A stretch of 63,626 bases of DNA, from positions 88,711 through 152,336 of IMG/VR virus record IMGVR_UViG_3300023179_000017; one strand, 5' to 3'. The notes under the pieces were generated by a model. The model did no database searches. It was given only the letters and a program-made list of their open reading frames with translations, and was not told where the DNA came from. The DNA is from a virus. Position 1 is the stretch's first letter, and the number at the start of each line of letters is the position of its first letter. The position numbers were made by a program, and so were the translations under genes. Of the stretch, positions 37,446 to 47,826 are shown piece after piece.

Positions 37446-38768
37446 CTAATAGTTACTTTTGCTTGTCCAGCCTCTAAAGCTTGATTCCCTCTTTCGGGGG
37501 AATAGCTCAGCTAGTTCTCTTACTAGCTCTGGGTTCTCTGCTCTCCAAATCCCTTTGGAAGCAGTTTGACTAAAGGCCATAAAGTCTTTTGGATCAACCC
37601 CATGCTTCTCAAAGATAGCATAGGCTTGGATCCGTAACTTTTTGTTCACTTCATCCCAGTCGATAGAAGCTTGCTCTGGAACTCTATATTCGTAAGTTTT
37701 TCCAGGAATGGCAACAACATTACCAGCCTTGGCAAACTCCTTAAGCTCCGACTTAGCAATATCAACTACGTCCTCTAACACATTTAGAATCCCAGCAATC
37801 TTTACTGCCTGATGCTGATTGCCATTTATTTTAAACGCTGCTTGGGGAGCAACGGTGACCTTTCCGCTTTCGTCTATTTTCATAAACTCAGCGACCGCTG
37901 GACACTGCGTAATAAACGGGCAGTACTGGCAATTCTTGTGGGGGGTAGCTTCCCAAGAGGTCTTACTCTCGATGATCCCGATATTGGTCAATACAACGTC
38001 TTCTACCCGTGCTAATTCAGCGTGCGTCCACACATACGGCTTTGAGTACACGCCATAGCGTGAGAAGTGTAGAACGGTCTGCACACTGTCTAGAAACGGA
38101 TATACACGGCTAATAACCCAAGCGTAGATACCCATCTGAAGGGTGTTTGCCTCCTCCATGTTGGGCTGCGTCTTGTGGTCATAAATAATGGCCTGCGTCG
38201 TATCGTCCGAGATAAGTAGGATATCTGCTCGACCGCGAATCCAGGCTTCTGGGTCGTCGTAGTCACACTCTTGAAAAGATATCCGCTCCTCTTTTCGCTT
38301 TACCGTTTTAAATACCGGCTGACCCGTTTGGTCATACTCAACCAGCGTGTCATCGTATTCATCTTGGTAAGCGTCCATCTTGCCGTCTTTCATCTTAGGC
38401 TTAATGGCAAGGCGCATCTCAATTCCTGCGTCCTTAGTCAGAACAGCGGGTGGGTGTCGGATATATCGTTCTGCCATATCAAGAATTAGTTCAGTCTCTT
38501 GATAAGCGGCAGGGTGCCTTTGAATGGCTTCGATAACCCACTCCCTCACTTCTGTTTCACTAAAGCAGGTGCTTTCTGATTCTATGAATTTTTTGGTAAT
38601 CTTTTCGAAGACCTCATGCATCGCAGAACCGCGAGCTTGAGGTAGGTTCTCTGTTTTAATACCAGAGTTAGGTTCTATATATTGTTTTCTAAACGCATAC
38701 CCACAAACACCAGTCTCAAGACGAGACGGGCTGTAGGGCCCATACTTCAACTTCATTGTGTCCTCCAA
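37446..38768 (-). CDS. PD-(D/E)XK exonuclease (Cas4/AddB-like)
   Basis: SPSRL...C, GSAMH, GRAD...DHKT, Q..IY, C..CP...C. Confidence 0.85.
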   Translation of the reverse strand: MEDTMKLKYGPYSPSRLETGVCGYAFRKQYIEPNSGIKTENLPQARGSAMHEVFEKITKKFIESESTCFSETEVREWVIEAIQRHPAAYQETELILDMAERYIRHPPAVLTKDAGIEMRLAIKPKMKDGKMDAYQDEYDDTLVEYDQTGQPVFKTVKRKEERISFQECDYDDPEAWIRGRADILLISDDTTQAIIYDHKTQPNMEEANTLQMGIYAWVISRVYPFLDSVQTVLHFSRYGVYSKPYVWTHAELARVEDVVLTNIGIIESKTSWEATPHKNCQYCPFITQCPAVAEFMKIDESGKVTVAPQAAFKINGNQHQAVKIAGILNVLEDVVDIAKSELKEFAKAGNVVAIPGKTYEYRVPEQASIDWDEVNKKLRIQAYAIFEKHGVDPKDFMAFSQTASKGIWRAENPELVRELAELFPRKRESSFRGWTSKSNY

Positions 38769-38826
38769 CTACTGATAGTTTTTTTTACTTGGCCGTATAG
38801 ATTCCATTTCTCCGGCCTTTAAAGAA

Positions 38827-38835
38827 CTTATACCC
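38827..38835 (-). promoter_or_regulatory. GGGTATAAG box upstream of the exonuclease gene
   Basis: CTTATACCC inside the 3' end of the upstream gene. Confidence 0.4.
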
Positions 38836-39744
38836 GTCTTACGGGGGCTCTTTACGACTACGATTTCCGTGTTGCCATCTAAAGCATCATGCAAATCAGA
38901 GTCTGGTATCCAAATTGTTTCGCTATCAGTTTCGCCTACTATTGCTACCCCTTTAAACTCCTGGGTAAGCGCATCCAACATGGTCGCTGTGTGCTCTTTA
39001 TTCTTTCGATAAACTCTATCTATAATGCACCTATAAACCACATCGGCTGACCGAATAAACCCGCCTTTACAATAAACATAGACAATATCGTTTACGACTT
39101 GTTCAAGGTCCTCATGTCCTTCCAGAAGTTTTTCAATTTCTGGATGTAAATTGATAGGCATAGCTAGATTGTAGCATAGGCAAAACTGCTAAGCATGATA
39201 GCTATTTAACGCCTTGAGACTGTTCTGTTAATTTTTCAGATTCGGTCTCTAGGCTATTAAGAAGCTGCTTAAAAGAGGCTACCGAGGCCGATAGCTCCTT
39301 TACAACTTCAGCTAGGGCTGAGTACTGCTCGGATACCCCAAAACTAGAGGCAAGCTTTGTAAGAAGCTCTACTTGGGCATATTGGCTTGATAGTGCACGG
39401 GCCACTTCTGGGTGGATGTGCTTGTGTAGTTCACTCGTCTTCATCTTGTATCTCCTCATCTGAAAGAAGGACCTCTGTTTGATCCTTTTCCTTAATCACA
39501 GGCGTATCTGGAACCATCTCCAGGTTATCCCTCGTTGTCTCCATCAGGCTATTCTTGTTCGTCTCCATGTGTCAGCTCCTCGCCTAGCTCTTTCATAACT
39601 TCACCAACTAGGTGTTGTCGGGAAATGCCAAAGGCTAGGTCTATCTTACCAGACACCCCCTCAGGAATGCAGAGATTCAGGGCGACCTGCTTAAGAAATA
39701 TCTTAGCGGCCACCCTTATCTCTTCTTCTCTTTCTCTCTTAAAC

Positions 39745-40806
39745 TTATCTGAGTCTAAGGGGCATGACGACATGCAAGTAGCCTCTTTCTTTTAGTAAAA
39801 CAGGTTCATTTGATGAACGCACTTCAATGTCTATGACATCGGAAGTCATTTTTTGAAGCGCTTGTTGAATATATGAACCGTTTAACCCAACGACCACTTC
39901 CGGCGAATCGTAGTCACACTCAATCGAGTAGTTGGCATTCCCAAGCTCACTAGATGAAGCCTGCAATGTCAGCCTACCCTGTGCAAACTCAAACCGCGTG
40001 GTGGTCATCTCATCCGCCACTATCTTAGTCACAGAAATAGCCTTAGCCAAGTCGTCACGTTTCACACGCGCTAAATGGAAAGGGCTTTGGGGAATTACCC
40101 GCTCATAGTCTGGGTACTTAGAATCGATTCTTCTAATCGTACAAGCTACCCCAGGCTGCATGATATGAAGGCTAGTGCCATCAAAGCTTACGCTTACTTC
40201 TGGGTTAGTAAATATCCGAGAAATAATGTTTAGCTCATTTGCTGGAATGAGCGCCTGTCCCTCCAGTTCTACCTCGTGAGTTACCATTGCAAGCCTGCGG
40301 GCGTCGGTTGCAACAGCGTGACCAGAGGCTAAACAAACAGAACCCAAGTGAGGCCTAGACTCGTCAGCTGAAGCTGCAAAAGATACCTTCTTTACGACTT
40401 CAAAGAAGTTGGGCCAGGTTCTAAAAGTAAAGTTAGAGTAGTTTGGAGTAATCGGATAGTTCTCAGCGTCCATTGTGGTTAAATGGATAGCCGATATCGG
40501 ATTCTTAATTTGAAGCATGTCCCCCAGGGTCACTTCTAATTTACTTTCTGGAAGCTGACTCACCACTTCATAAAGGGCTTTACCTGCAACGCAAGTAGCG
40601 CCAGGGGTTTGCACCACGGCCTCTCCGTGAGACTTCAAAGAGGTGGTTAGATCACACCCCGTTAAAAATACTTGGTTGTTGTCTGCTTCTATTTTAATGG
40701 CATTAAAAACAGGTAACTGTTTTGCTGTTCCTACCACTGGCAACACCAGCTTAATTAAATCTAATAAGTTTTTTCTCTCTATTACAAATTTCATGTGTCC
40801 CCCCAT
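39745..40806 (-). CDS. dnaN: DNA polymerase III beta sliding clamp
   Basis: FAASADESRPHL, ATDARRLA, YPDYERVIP and terminal VVMPLR. Confidence 0.93.
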   Translation of the reverse strand: MGGHMKFVIERKNLLDLIKLVLPVVGTAKQLPVFNAIKIEADNNQVFLTGCDLTTSLKSHGEAVVQTPGATCVAGKALYEVVSQLPESKLEVTLGDMLQIKNPISAIHLTTMDAENYPITPNYSNFTFRTWPNFFEVVKKVSFAASADESRPHLGSVCLASGHAVATDARRLAMVTHEVELEGQALIPANELNIISRIFTNPEVSVSFDGTSLHIMQPGVACTIRRIDSKYPDYERVIPQSPFHLARVKRDDLAKAISVTKIVADEMTTTRFEFAQGRLTLQASSSELGNANYSIECDYDSPEVVVGLNGSYIQQALQKMTSDVIDIEVRSSNEPVLLKERGYLHVVMPLRLR

Positions 40807-40808
40807 TT

Positions 40809-40836
40809 AAAAAAAAGAGCCCCCGAAGGGGCCCTT
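40809..40836 (-). terminator. intrinsic terminator
   Basis: GC stem with UUCG loop and U tract on the minus strand. Confidence 0.65.
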
Positions 40837-40844
40837 TCATCGGA

Positions 40845-41030
40845 TTATACACCTTTAGCTTTTTTATAAATCCAGCTAAACGATTCTTTGATAGCTACGA
40901 TAAGAACGCCTGCTAGTGCACCGCCTATTGCGGCACCTGCTGCGAAAGCAGCTCCCTCCTTTAAATTGTTCATTGTTTGGTTGTTATTGTTTTTGTGAAG
41001 TTTGAGTACGTTGTTTTTAAATGGTTGCAT
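40845..41030 (-). CDS. small membrane peptide (IKE..W family)
   Basis: GAAIGGALAGVLIVAIKESFSW; resembles peptides at 52157-52476. Confidence 0.55.
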   Translation of the reverse strand: MQPFKNNVLKLHKNNNNQTMNNLKEGAAFAAGAAIGGALAGVLIVAIKESFSWIYKKAKGV

Positions 41031-41103
41031 TGTGTATTCTCCGATGCTCGCAATTATTATGAAAAGTAGTTACTAGCAAGCGATTAGTAATTACTATGTA
41101 TTT

Positions 41104-41112
41104 CTTATACCC
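41104..41112 (-). promoter_or_regulatory. GGGTATAAG box
   Basis: intergenic CTTATACCC. Confidence 0.55.
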
Positions 41113-41588
41113 GCATTAGACAGCAAACTTTGTTGGTTCGACGCCTAATATCCTTATTATCTTTTCTGCTTCCGCAAGACATATCTTCTGTCCTACTAAC
41201 GGCAAGTGATAAGACATCACTCCTACCTCGTCTAAGAACTTCTCAGATGCGATAGAGAGTGAAAGCCAAGCTTGTTCTGACCTCATCTTGTATAGAAAGT
41301 CAGTTAGGCCTTTCAGATACTTGTGTTCCGCAGACCCTTTGTTTGGTGCTATCTTTGCCAAGAAGGAATCGACCGCTTCTTTAAAAACTGTTTCGACCGC
41401 ATCAGTTTCCTTTTTCTGTTCAGTTGATTCCTTTATGGGCTCTGGTTTCTTTTCAGTAGGTGCAAAACACTCCTGCACCTTGTTTGAAACCAATAGACCA
41501 ATCCACCCAACCCAAATAGGTAGCATTTCTGTTCCCTCCTTCTAGATGTATAAATAAAAATGAAAAGCAATATTGCTTATCTAAACTA

Positions 41589-41597
41589 CTTATACCC
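41589..41597 (-). promoter_or_regulatory. GGGTATAAG box
   Basis: intergenic CTTATACCC. Confidence 0.55.
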
Positions 41598-41647
41598 AGA
41601 AGTGTTTGATTTTTTTGTTGTTTTTAGTGTAATACACTACACCGTTT

Positions 41648-42265
41648 TTACATGAAGTGGTCGATGATATCAGGAATGATATTGTTCTCGGCTTGTTTAA
41701 GCTCGGTTTCCATTTCCGATTTAAGTGTGGATACATCTTTTTCGTTGGATACTCTAACATGGCAGGTGCTCGTAATTAGTACCGTGTAGTTTCCACGGGT
41801 CGTGGTCACTGTATATCCGATATCTGATTTCTCTAGTAGGCCCTTAGCAGCTCCTCCTACCACGCCATCTGTATGAAATTGAGCAATCAGTTTTCTGTCA
41901 TCGGCTACAATATGAAAGTGGCCTCGAATCTCAGCGTCCACGCCCTTGTGTTCATTCTTTACAAGAACGTCGTATCTACTTCCTGAAAGCCCTTCATAGA
42001 CATCCTCCACGGGTCCGTACAATACTTTGTAGGATTCTGCGAATACCTCGTTCTCAACGTGGCGTTTTAATCTTTCGTAACTTGTCTTATCCGCAGAAAA
42101 ACTACAGACAGAGTGAATGGTGCCTTTCATGATGCCACCTTCAACAACAGGATTACTACCCCATTCAGGAGTACCGCACTTCCACACCGACCCATTCACA
42201 TTCAAGCTGAAAGGATTTGTAATGACTGAAAAGACGCCGATGATAAGAGCTGCGATACTTGCCAT
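41648..42265 (-). CDS. exported/membrane-anchored hypothetical protein
   Basis: hydrophobic N-terminus, beta-rich body. Confidence 0.55.
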   Translation of the reverse strand: MASIAALIIGVFSVITNPFSLNVNGSVWKCGTPEWGSNPVVEGGIMKGTIHSVCSFSADKTSYERLKRHVENEVFAESYKVLYGPVEDVYEGLSGSRYDVLVKNEHKGVDAEIRGHFHIVADDRKLIAQFHTDGVVGGAAKGLLEKSDIGYTVTTTRGNYTVLITSTCHVRVSNEKDVSTLKSEMETELKQAENNIIPDIIDHFM

Positions 42266-42266
42266 A

Positions 42267-42584
42267 CTAGTAGTTACCTTTGTCTAGAAGTCTCTCAAGA
42301 GAGTTGAGGGACTTTAAATGCGGTTTTAATACCGCAACAATTTCCCTCCTTATTCTCTTAATTGCTATACACAGCGCATCCTCGCTCTTTCCAGAAAGAG
42401 ATCGCGCAACTTCTGGGGCTGTCTCTAGTGTCGACAAAGACTGTTCCAACAACGCTTCGTCAATAGCCTCTTGGCTTAACTGAACGCAATCAGAACAGAT
42501 AGAAGCTAGATTGCTTGTCACAATCCTATCTACCTCGTTTTTGTCTTTGCCGCAAAAGCTGCACTTAGGTACCAGCACAGCCAA
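42267..42584 (-). CDS. ClpX C4-type zinc-finger protein
   Basis: CSFCGK...V...IC.DCV motif without the AAA+ domain. Confidence 0.8.
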   Translation of the reverse strand: MAVLVPKCSFCGKDKNEVDRIVTSNLASICSDCVQLSQEAIDEALLEQSLSTLETAPEVARSLSGKSEDALCIAIKRIRREIVAVLKPHLKSLNSLERLLDKGNY

Positions 42585-43214
42585 CTCCGTCCATAACGTC
42601 TTTCACAGTTTGATAAGCTGGGGGTGGCTTTCGATAAACAATTAGATCGATTGCTTGAACCTCTAAACTCTTTACATTGTGGTCATGCCAATATTTCCAA
42701 CCAAAAGAAGCGCGGCACCCTGTCTTTTCCATCCACTTCGCAAACTCTTCGTTAAAGTTATTTACTATCTGTGTCAGTTCCTTCGATACTTCCTCTTTGT
42801 TCATTGTGTTCCTCCTTTTTAAAATGTTGTTTGATATAAGCTCTGCCTTTAGGTGTGGGGTACACAAAGGCCCTGGCCCCTGTGGTCTTACCGCTCACCG
42901 AGTCCATAACACCAATAATCTTGCACTCCACATATCCCCAGTTCTCTAAATCGTTGAGCTCTCCTTTTGTCACCCCAAGTGCCATAAGCTCAGCTCTTAA
43001 AGTAGGTAGCGCTCTATAGGTTTGTTTGATTGACTCAATAAACGAGTTCAAAGCCTCCATAGCTTCTGAATGGCCTTTTTTAAACTTAGAATCAGGCTCC
43101 TCGTAAGGTACAGACGGAAGAGGCAGCGCCTTATCCTTGTCTCCCTCTTTACAAAAGGGAGCCACGCCTTCTGGTGTAAACTTGGTGAAAAACTTTGGAA
43201 TTAAGTCTGTCATT

Positions 43215-44009
43215 TTATAATCCTCTTATCTTTTTAAAGGCATCTTCAAACTCTTGGTCAGGATCTTTCCCTCCCTCCCAGTTAATGTCTAGTCCCTTCC
43301 ACGTTTCGTTCTTTAGTTGGTCTTGCGTTGGAAAGATGGGCTCTAGTTCTGCTACATGAAAGCCCATGTAATTGACACCACAATTTTTAATCTTGATCTT
43401 GTCGCCTGGCTTACTGCCGGCAGGAACCCAAACGGTTTTTAATCCGTACATGGTTTGAACCTGCGCTTCGCCACCTTTGAGCATCGTTTCTAAAGGAACC
43501 CTGTCCTCAGTAAAGACATCAAGCCCCTGCATTTTAAATCGTGGATGTGGAGCAGCCGCAATGAGTACGATAAGATCCCCAACAATTTGCCCGCACTTTA
43601 ATCCTTTGCCACTAAACCGCATCTCATGGTTGTCTGGGCATCCAATTGGCAAATCAAGTTTTACGGTGATGATATCTTGGTGTTCTTTTAGAACGGGGTC
43701 TAGAGCAAGGTTTACTTCCATTTGGTTGTAACTAAGCACCACTTGTTTTCCAAAGAACCTGTCTTCAAAAGAAACGGGCATCGTCACTTTGATATGAAGA
43801 TTGTTTCTCTTATCTTTTTTTGTGCTTTCCCTTCGGTAAGAAGGGTCTGTCACCATCTTGTAAGCGTGCATAACTTCACAGAACAGGTTTTTATCTCCGC
43901 CCTTATCGGGGTGGTGTTTATTGCACTGTTCCCTCCACGCCTTTTTTATTTCTTCCGGCGAATAATTCTTTTCCGGGTTCAAGCCCAAGGTTGTTAAGTA
44001 GTCTTTCAA
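43215..44009 (-). CDS. class B DnaJ/CbpA-like co-chaperone
   Basis: J domain with HPDKGG; C-terminal peptide-binding domain (GKG...GDL...HPRF); TTG start with AGGAG RBS. Confidence 0.88.
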   Translation of the reverse strand: MKDYLTTLGLNPEKNYSPEEIKKAWREQCNKHHPDKGGDKNLFCEVMHAYKMVTDPSYRRESTKKDKRNNLHIKVTMPVSFEDRFFGKQVVLSYNQMEVNLALDPVLKEHQDIITVKLDLPIGCPDNHEMRFSGKGLKCGQIVGDLIVLIAAAPHPRFKMQGLDVFTEDRVPLETMLKGGEAQVQTMYGLKTVWVPAGSKPGDKIKIKNCGVNYMGFHVAELEPIFPTQDQLKNETWKGLDINWEGGKDPDQEFEDAFKKIRGL

Positions 44010-44529
44010 GGATGGCTCCTACGATTTCTTCGGTTGTGATTATACCGCTATTTACTATGACCTTAAACTTGATTACCCAATCATCTAAATCTATTTCTGA
44101 CGGGTGCTTATCGTTCTCTCTCCAATTAGAACACCGAGCCATTCTTATATCGGTGTTACACTCTAGACGCACCGTGAAGGCTTCTGGAAAAGCCATAAAC
44201 TCATTTTTAAATCTCAAGTCATCAATAATGCACACGTCTTTTTTATTCTGTGCATACCAGTTCTGTGCGCACTTAACCCAGATATCTTTATCTATGGTGT
44301 TTCTTCCGTATTCTGTTCCAAGCATCTGAAGAAGCGGCCCGTCTTTTACAATGTTCCTAACAATCCCGTACTTTTCTAAAACCGCTATCACGCCATCGTG
44401 CATCTCATAAAGCGGTTGAGCAAACTTATACTTCTTGACTATAAATCCGTTTTTAGTCAGTTTCTTTTCTAACAGATTAGAAGCGGTGGTTTTACCAGAA
44501 CCCTGCTTCCCCGAAAGCATAATCAACAT
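43918..44529 (-). CDS. deoxynucleoside monophosphate kinase
   Basis: GKQGSGKT, FAQPL, LQMLGTEYGR, DLRFKNE, HPSE motifs. Confidence 0.88.
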   Translation of the reverse strand: MLIMLSGKQGSGKTTASNLLEKKLTKNGFIVKKYKFAQPLYEMHDGVIAVLEKYGIVRNIVKDGPLLQMLGTEYGRNTIDKDIWVKCAQNWYAQNKKDVCIIDDLRFKNEFMAFPEAFTVRLECNTDIRMARCSNWRENDKHPSEIDLDDWVIKFKVIVNSGIITTEEIVGAILERLLNNLGLEPGKELFAGRNKKGVEGTVQ

Positions 44530-44583
44530 GAGCTAACCCCTAAAAAAAAGAGAGCCGGTTTTTACACCAGCTCCCTTATTCGA

Positions 44584-45660
44584 CTAGATAAGACCGTCGC
44601 TGTTTGGTTGAGGAACAGTTTTTTGGGGCTTTGGTGGAACCTGTACCTTAGCCTTATCCTGTAACTCAGCGATGCGGGTTTTTAAATAATCCGCAACAGC
44701 AGATTTTTGGTCTTTGGCACTTTCGAACTTTCTAACTGTAAGATGCCTTGTCTTTGAGGTGTTTGCTTCGGGCTTTTTCATCAGCACAGCAAGCTCATCA
44801 AAGAGAGGCAATAAATCAGGATCTTCTGAAAGAAGTTTAGAAGTGTCTGCTGGTTCCTGCACTTCTGCTGCCCCCGATTCAAGCTCTAGAACTTCATTAG
44901 TAGAGGCTTCAATCAGCTCTTTTGCAGGAGCTAACATTCTACCTCTAATCGCATCAAGAACTTGTCTTACTTGCGCTCCATGTTCTTTTGCAAATTGTTC
45001 GTTGTATTCAATCTGCATAACGTAGTGAACTCGGCTTTGTTTTTTGCCATCAGAGTCCGTAAACGTAATCGATGTAGGCGCGCGATAAATTCGAAATGGC
45101 ATGTCATTTACTCTGCCTGCCACTTTACGAATGTGACCTAGTACCGACACAAAGTTTCTAATCGATGCAATACTATTGGTATCAATCTGAAATACACCTG
45201 TGGGCGTAACCAGAGGAAGCATAGCATATACACTCATCGATGGTCGGCACTGTTGAATGCCACGACTGTTTTTCCAGTCAGGGCATTGCTCAGCTAAACA
45301 AGGGCGCTTAGGAGCGTGTCTTGTGGCCGGGTCACGTTTTAATAAGTAAGTCGCTTCTTGTCCGTCACCGTAACACTGAAGCTGACCACCAATCATTTTT
45401 CCGTCTTTGTCTTTTACTCCGCCCGAATACCACTTATAAAAGTAAGGCATTACGTTTTGTGGTTCTGGATCTAAAAACACCACATCAAGTGAAGTGGGGT
45501 TTTTACCGTAAACCGCTTCTACGCCTGGAGCGTCTGTCAAAACAAAGTGCGGTGTTTCTACCGGATATTCTTTTCCGTTTTGACTGACTTTCTTTTCACC
45601 AAGTCGAATCTTTCCGATAATGGGTACTCGTGCTTGGTCTTCAAATGACTTAATTGCCAT
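44584..45660 (-). CDS. recombination directionality factor-like / ssDNA-binding recombination protein
   Basis: IGKIRLGEK...YP...HF...VYG..P..L.V, C.GDG, G.FQIDTNS..S pattern. Confidence 0.65.
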   Translation of the reverse strand: MAIKSFEDQARVPIIGKIRLGEKKVSQNGKEYPVETPHFVLTDAPGVEAVYGKNPTSLDVVFLDPEPQNVMPYFYKWYSGGVKDKDGKMIGGQLQCYGDGQEATYLLKRDPATRHAPKRPCLAEQCPDWKNSRGIQQCRPSMSVYAMLPLVTPTGVFQIDTNSIASIRNFVSVLGHIRKVAGRVNDMPFRIYRAPTSITFTDSDGKKQSRVHYVMQIEYNEQFAKEHGAQVRQVLDAIRGRMLAPAKELIEASTNEVLELESGAAEVQEPADTSKLLSEDPDLLPLFDELAVLMKKPEANTSKTRHLTVRKFESAKDQKSAVADYLKTRIAELQDKAKVQVPPKPQKTVPQPNSDGLI

Positions 45661-45880
45661 AACTAGTTCCTTTCTAAATTTAGGTTCCTTACATATATCT
45701 TTTACCCAAAACTACTCAGTTTTTAAGTCTAGCTCTGTGAGCTTAGACCGAACCTGTTGTAGCTCTAGTTCCACCCCTGTTTTCTCAGAGGCGATTTTTT
45801 CTGGGTTAGAAAGAAGGGCTTGAATCTTTCTCATGAGCTCTGCTTCCCGTACTCTTAGTTCTTCGTGCAGAACTTCTTTT

Positions 45881-46249
45881 TTAATCCCGTACTTCTCCAT
45901 TGTCTTTCTCCGATTTAATGGCTCCTAAAAGTAAACCCTGCTTTAATCCGTCAAACCACATCTGGGTTCCGTACTCTAAAAGCCTTGCAGTCAAAAGGGC
46001 TTTCGTAGCAGCGTTTAAGTTCTCTCCCCCTAAGGACTCGACCAGCGTCTTTTGTCCAAGGGTTGCTCCACGAAACACATCTTTTAGTTTTTCGCTATCA
46101 GAAACAAAAGCCCCACCGTCCGACTTAAAAGCAAAGCCGCAAGCCTGACACGCATAGACCGCAATGCTTCTGTCGTGATTTTTAAGAGGAGTGATGTTGA
46201 TAGCTACACTCTTACACTGAGGGCAGTCCGCTCTATCGCCAGGCTTCAT
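45881..46249 (-). CDS. zinc-ribbon protein
   Basis: CPQC...CQACG. Confidence 0.55.
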   Translation of the reverse strand: MKPGDRADCPQCKSVAINITPLKNHDRSIAVYACQACGFAFKSDGGAFVSDSEKLKDVFRGATLGQKTLVESLGGENLNAATKALLTARLLEYGTQMWFDGLKQGLLLGAIKSEKDNGEVRD

Positions 46250-46794
46250 AAACCTTCCTCAATTGAGTCAGCGCTTAGAGGTGTCACTTTTCCTTTTCGT
46301 TTGCCACGAACAGGCCTTCTTCTCTCAGCCCACGGATCAGTAAACCCTGCCACTTCAGCAAAGAGCGATTCCCCGTCTACCACAACGGGTTGTTTGATAG
46401 GGGCGTCGGCTTTAGCTTCTAGATTGGGGTCTTCGACCCGCATGTCGTTATCTAAGTCTGCGTCACTAACCCCGCCTTGTTTGGGAACAAAAGCTGCTTC
46501 ATCAGTCACGCCAGCTACCTGCTCTGGTTCTGGGCTGTCATCAATATCGCCTAATCCATCAGATATCTCAGTGGTATCTACATAGGCATTTCTTTTGGGT
46601 GTGGGTACTTTGATTTTGCCTGGGGTTAAATCAAGCTCCAAAGCAATTCGTTTGGTGAGCTCTCGTTCTAGTTGTGTTGAAACTAGCTCGCTTAGCTCTG
46701 TTGTAATTTCCTCAATGGGCTTTCCACTAAGGGTTGCGTATCCTTTAAGAACCCTGAACGCTTTGTCCGTCAGAGAGAGTGTTACTTCCGTCAT
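46246..46794 (-). CDS. RHH-like DNA-binding protein with acidic tail
   Basis: VTLSLTDKAFRVLKGYATLSGKPIEE. Confidence 0.5.
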   Translation of the reverse strand: MTEVTLSLTDKAFRVLKGYATLSGKPIEEITTELSELVSTQLERELTKRIALELDLTPGKIKVPTPKRNAYVDTTEISDGLGDIDDSPEPEQVAGVTDEAAFVPKQGGVSDADLDNDMRVEDPNLEAKADAPIKQPVVVDGESLFAEVAGFTDPWAERRRPVRGKRKGKVTPLSADSIEEGL

Positions 46795-46955
46795 GTGTCT
46801 TCCTTTCCATCATTTCGATGAATCCTTTAAGTGCTTCTTCTGGTGTATCTGCCTTTGGAGGCGGCGAACTATTAAACCGCATCCAAAGAACGATATACTT
46901 ACCGTCCGAAAGATTTTCTATTTCTACGGGTCTTCCTGCTAATGCTTCAGCTTTT

Positions 46956-47183
46956 TTAAGCAGCTCTTCCACTAAAGACCCTCCTAAATTCTGATGCTGT
47001 GATGCCTATCTTTTTTGCTTCTTCTGGTTTTGGAACAATCCAACCAGAAGTGATATTGCAAAGTCGATAGTAGTTAATGCCAAGTTTTGCGGCGGCTACT
47101 CGTAGCGTGCCGTATTTCTTTTTCAATCGTTCTTTCATCGTTACTCTCAAAAGGTTTTTGAATAAGGAAAGCCTAAACAACAA
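46956..47183 (-). CDS. small HTH protein
   Basis: TLRVAAAKLGINYYRLCNITSG...P. Confidence 0.55.
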   Translation of the reverse strand: MLFRLSLFKNLLRVTMKERLKKKYGTLRVAAAKLGINYYRLCNITSGWIVPKPEEAKKIGITASEFRRVFSGRAA

Positions 47184-47562
47184 CTACAACAATGGCAATA
47201 AGTAAAAAAAAGAAGACAGGTATAAAACCCATCTTCTTTTTAAAAGTAGCGGCGTAAAACAATCCCTGCGAGGGTATTGGAAAGGATGCCACTCTTTTAT
47301 GCCACGCAGCCTAAATAGACTGCGCTGTGCGGTCACTAACTGTGCAAGAAACTTGAACAATTTTGCCAAGTTCTAAATAGTGTTCAAACTTCTCTAAAAA
47401 TTCCTCATAGCTTCCTGTCTCAAAGCCCCGAGGACAATCGATTCGGTTATTTGGATATCTGGTGCAAGCTCGCCATTGACAGACATTCTGCCCAGAAAGA
47501 AACGCAGCAAGTAAAAAAGCAATCATGATTTTCTCCTTTTATTTATGATTAATCACAAAAAT

Positions 47563-47571
47563 CTTATACCC
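47563..47571 (-). promoter_or_regulatory. GGGTATAAG box
   Basis: CTTATACCC just downstream (minus sense) of a terminator. Confidence 0.55.
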
Positions 47572-47580
47572 GAAAAAAGC

Positions 47581-47613
47581 AAAAAGGGGAGGGCCCACTT
47601 AAGGACCCTCCCC
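47581..47613 (-). terminator. intrinsic terminator
   Basis: GGGGAGGG...CCCTCCCC stem with an A-tract on the + strand. Confidence 0.65.
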
Positions 47614-47826
47614 TATCGATTCAACAGAGACACAATTACTGTTTATCGTCTACAGGAGTAACATCAAAGAGTTTTAAACGCAAGCTTTGAGCCACCTTAC
47701 TCCAATAGTCAATTCGGTTTAGAAAATAAGATAGCTCTTCACCCGTAGGCTTATCATCCATTACTTTATTTTCGTACCGCATCAACATTGCATTCGCACT
47801 CTTTAGTTCTTCAATTAACGATTTAC

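Noticed and set aside
37446-38768. Cas4-like gene as evidence of a CRISPR-Cas system
   Set aside because: Stand-alone PD-(D/E)XK nucleases are common in phage recombination modules; no array or other cas genes seen
43918-44009. 92-nt overlap of kinase and DnaJ as a frameshift error
   Set aside because: DnaJ has its own AGGAG RBS and TTG start and both domains are complete; a simple overlap is sufficient
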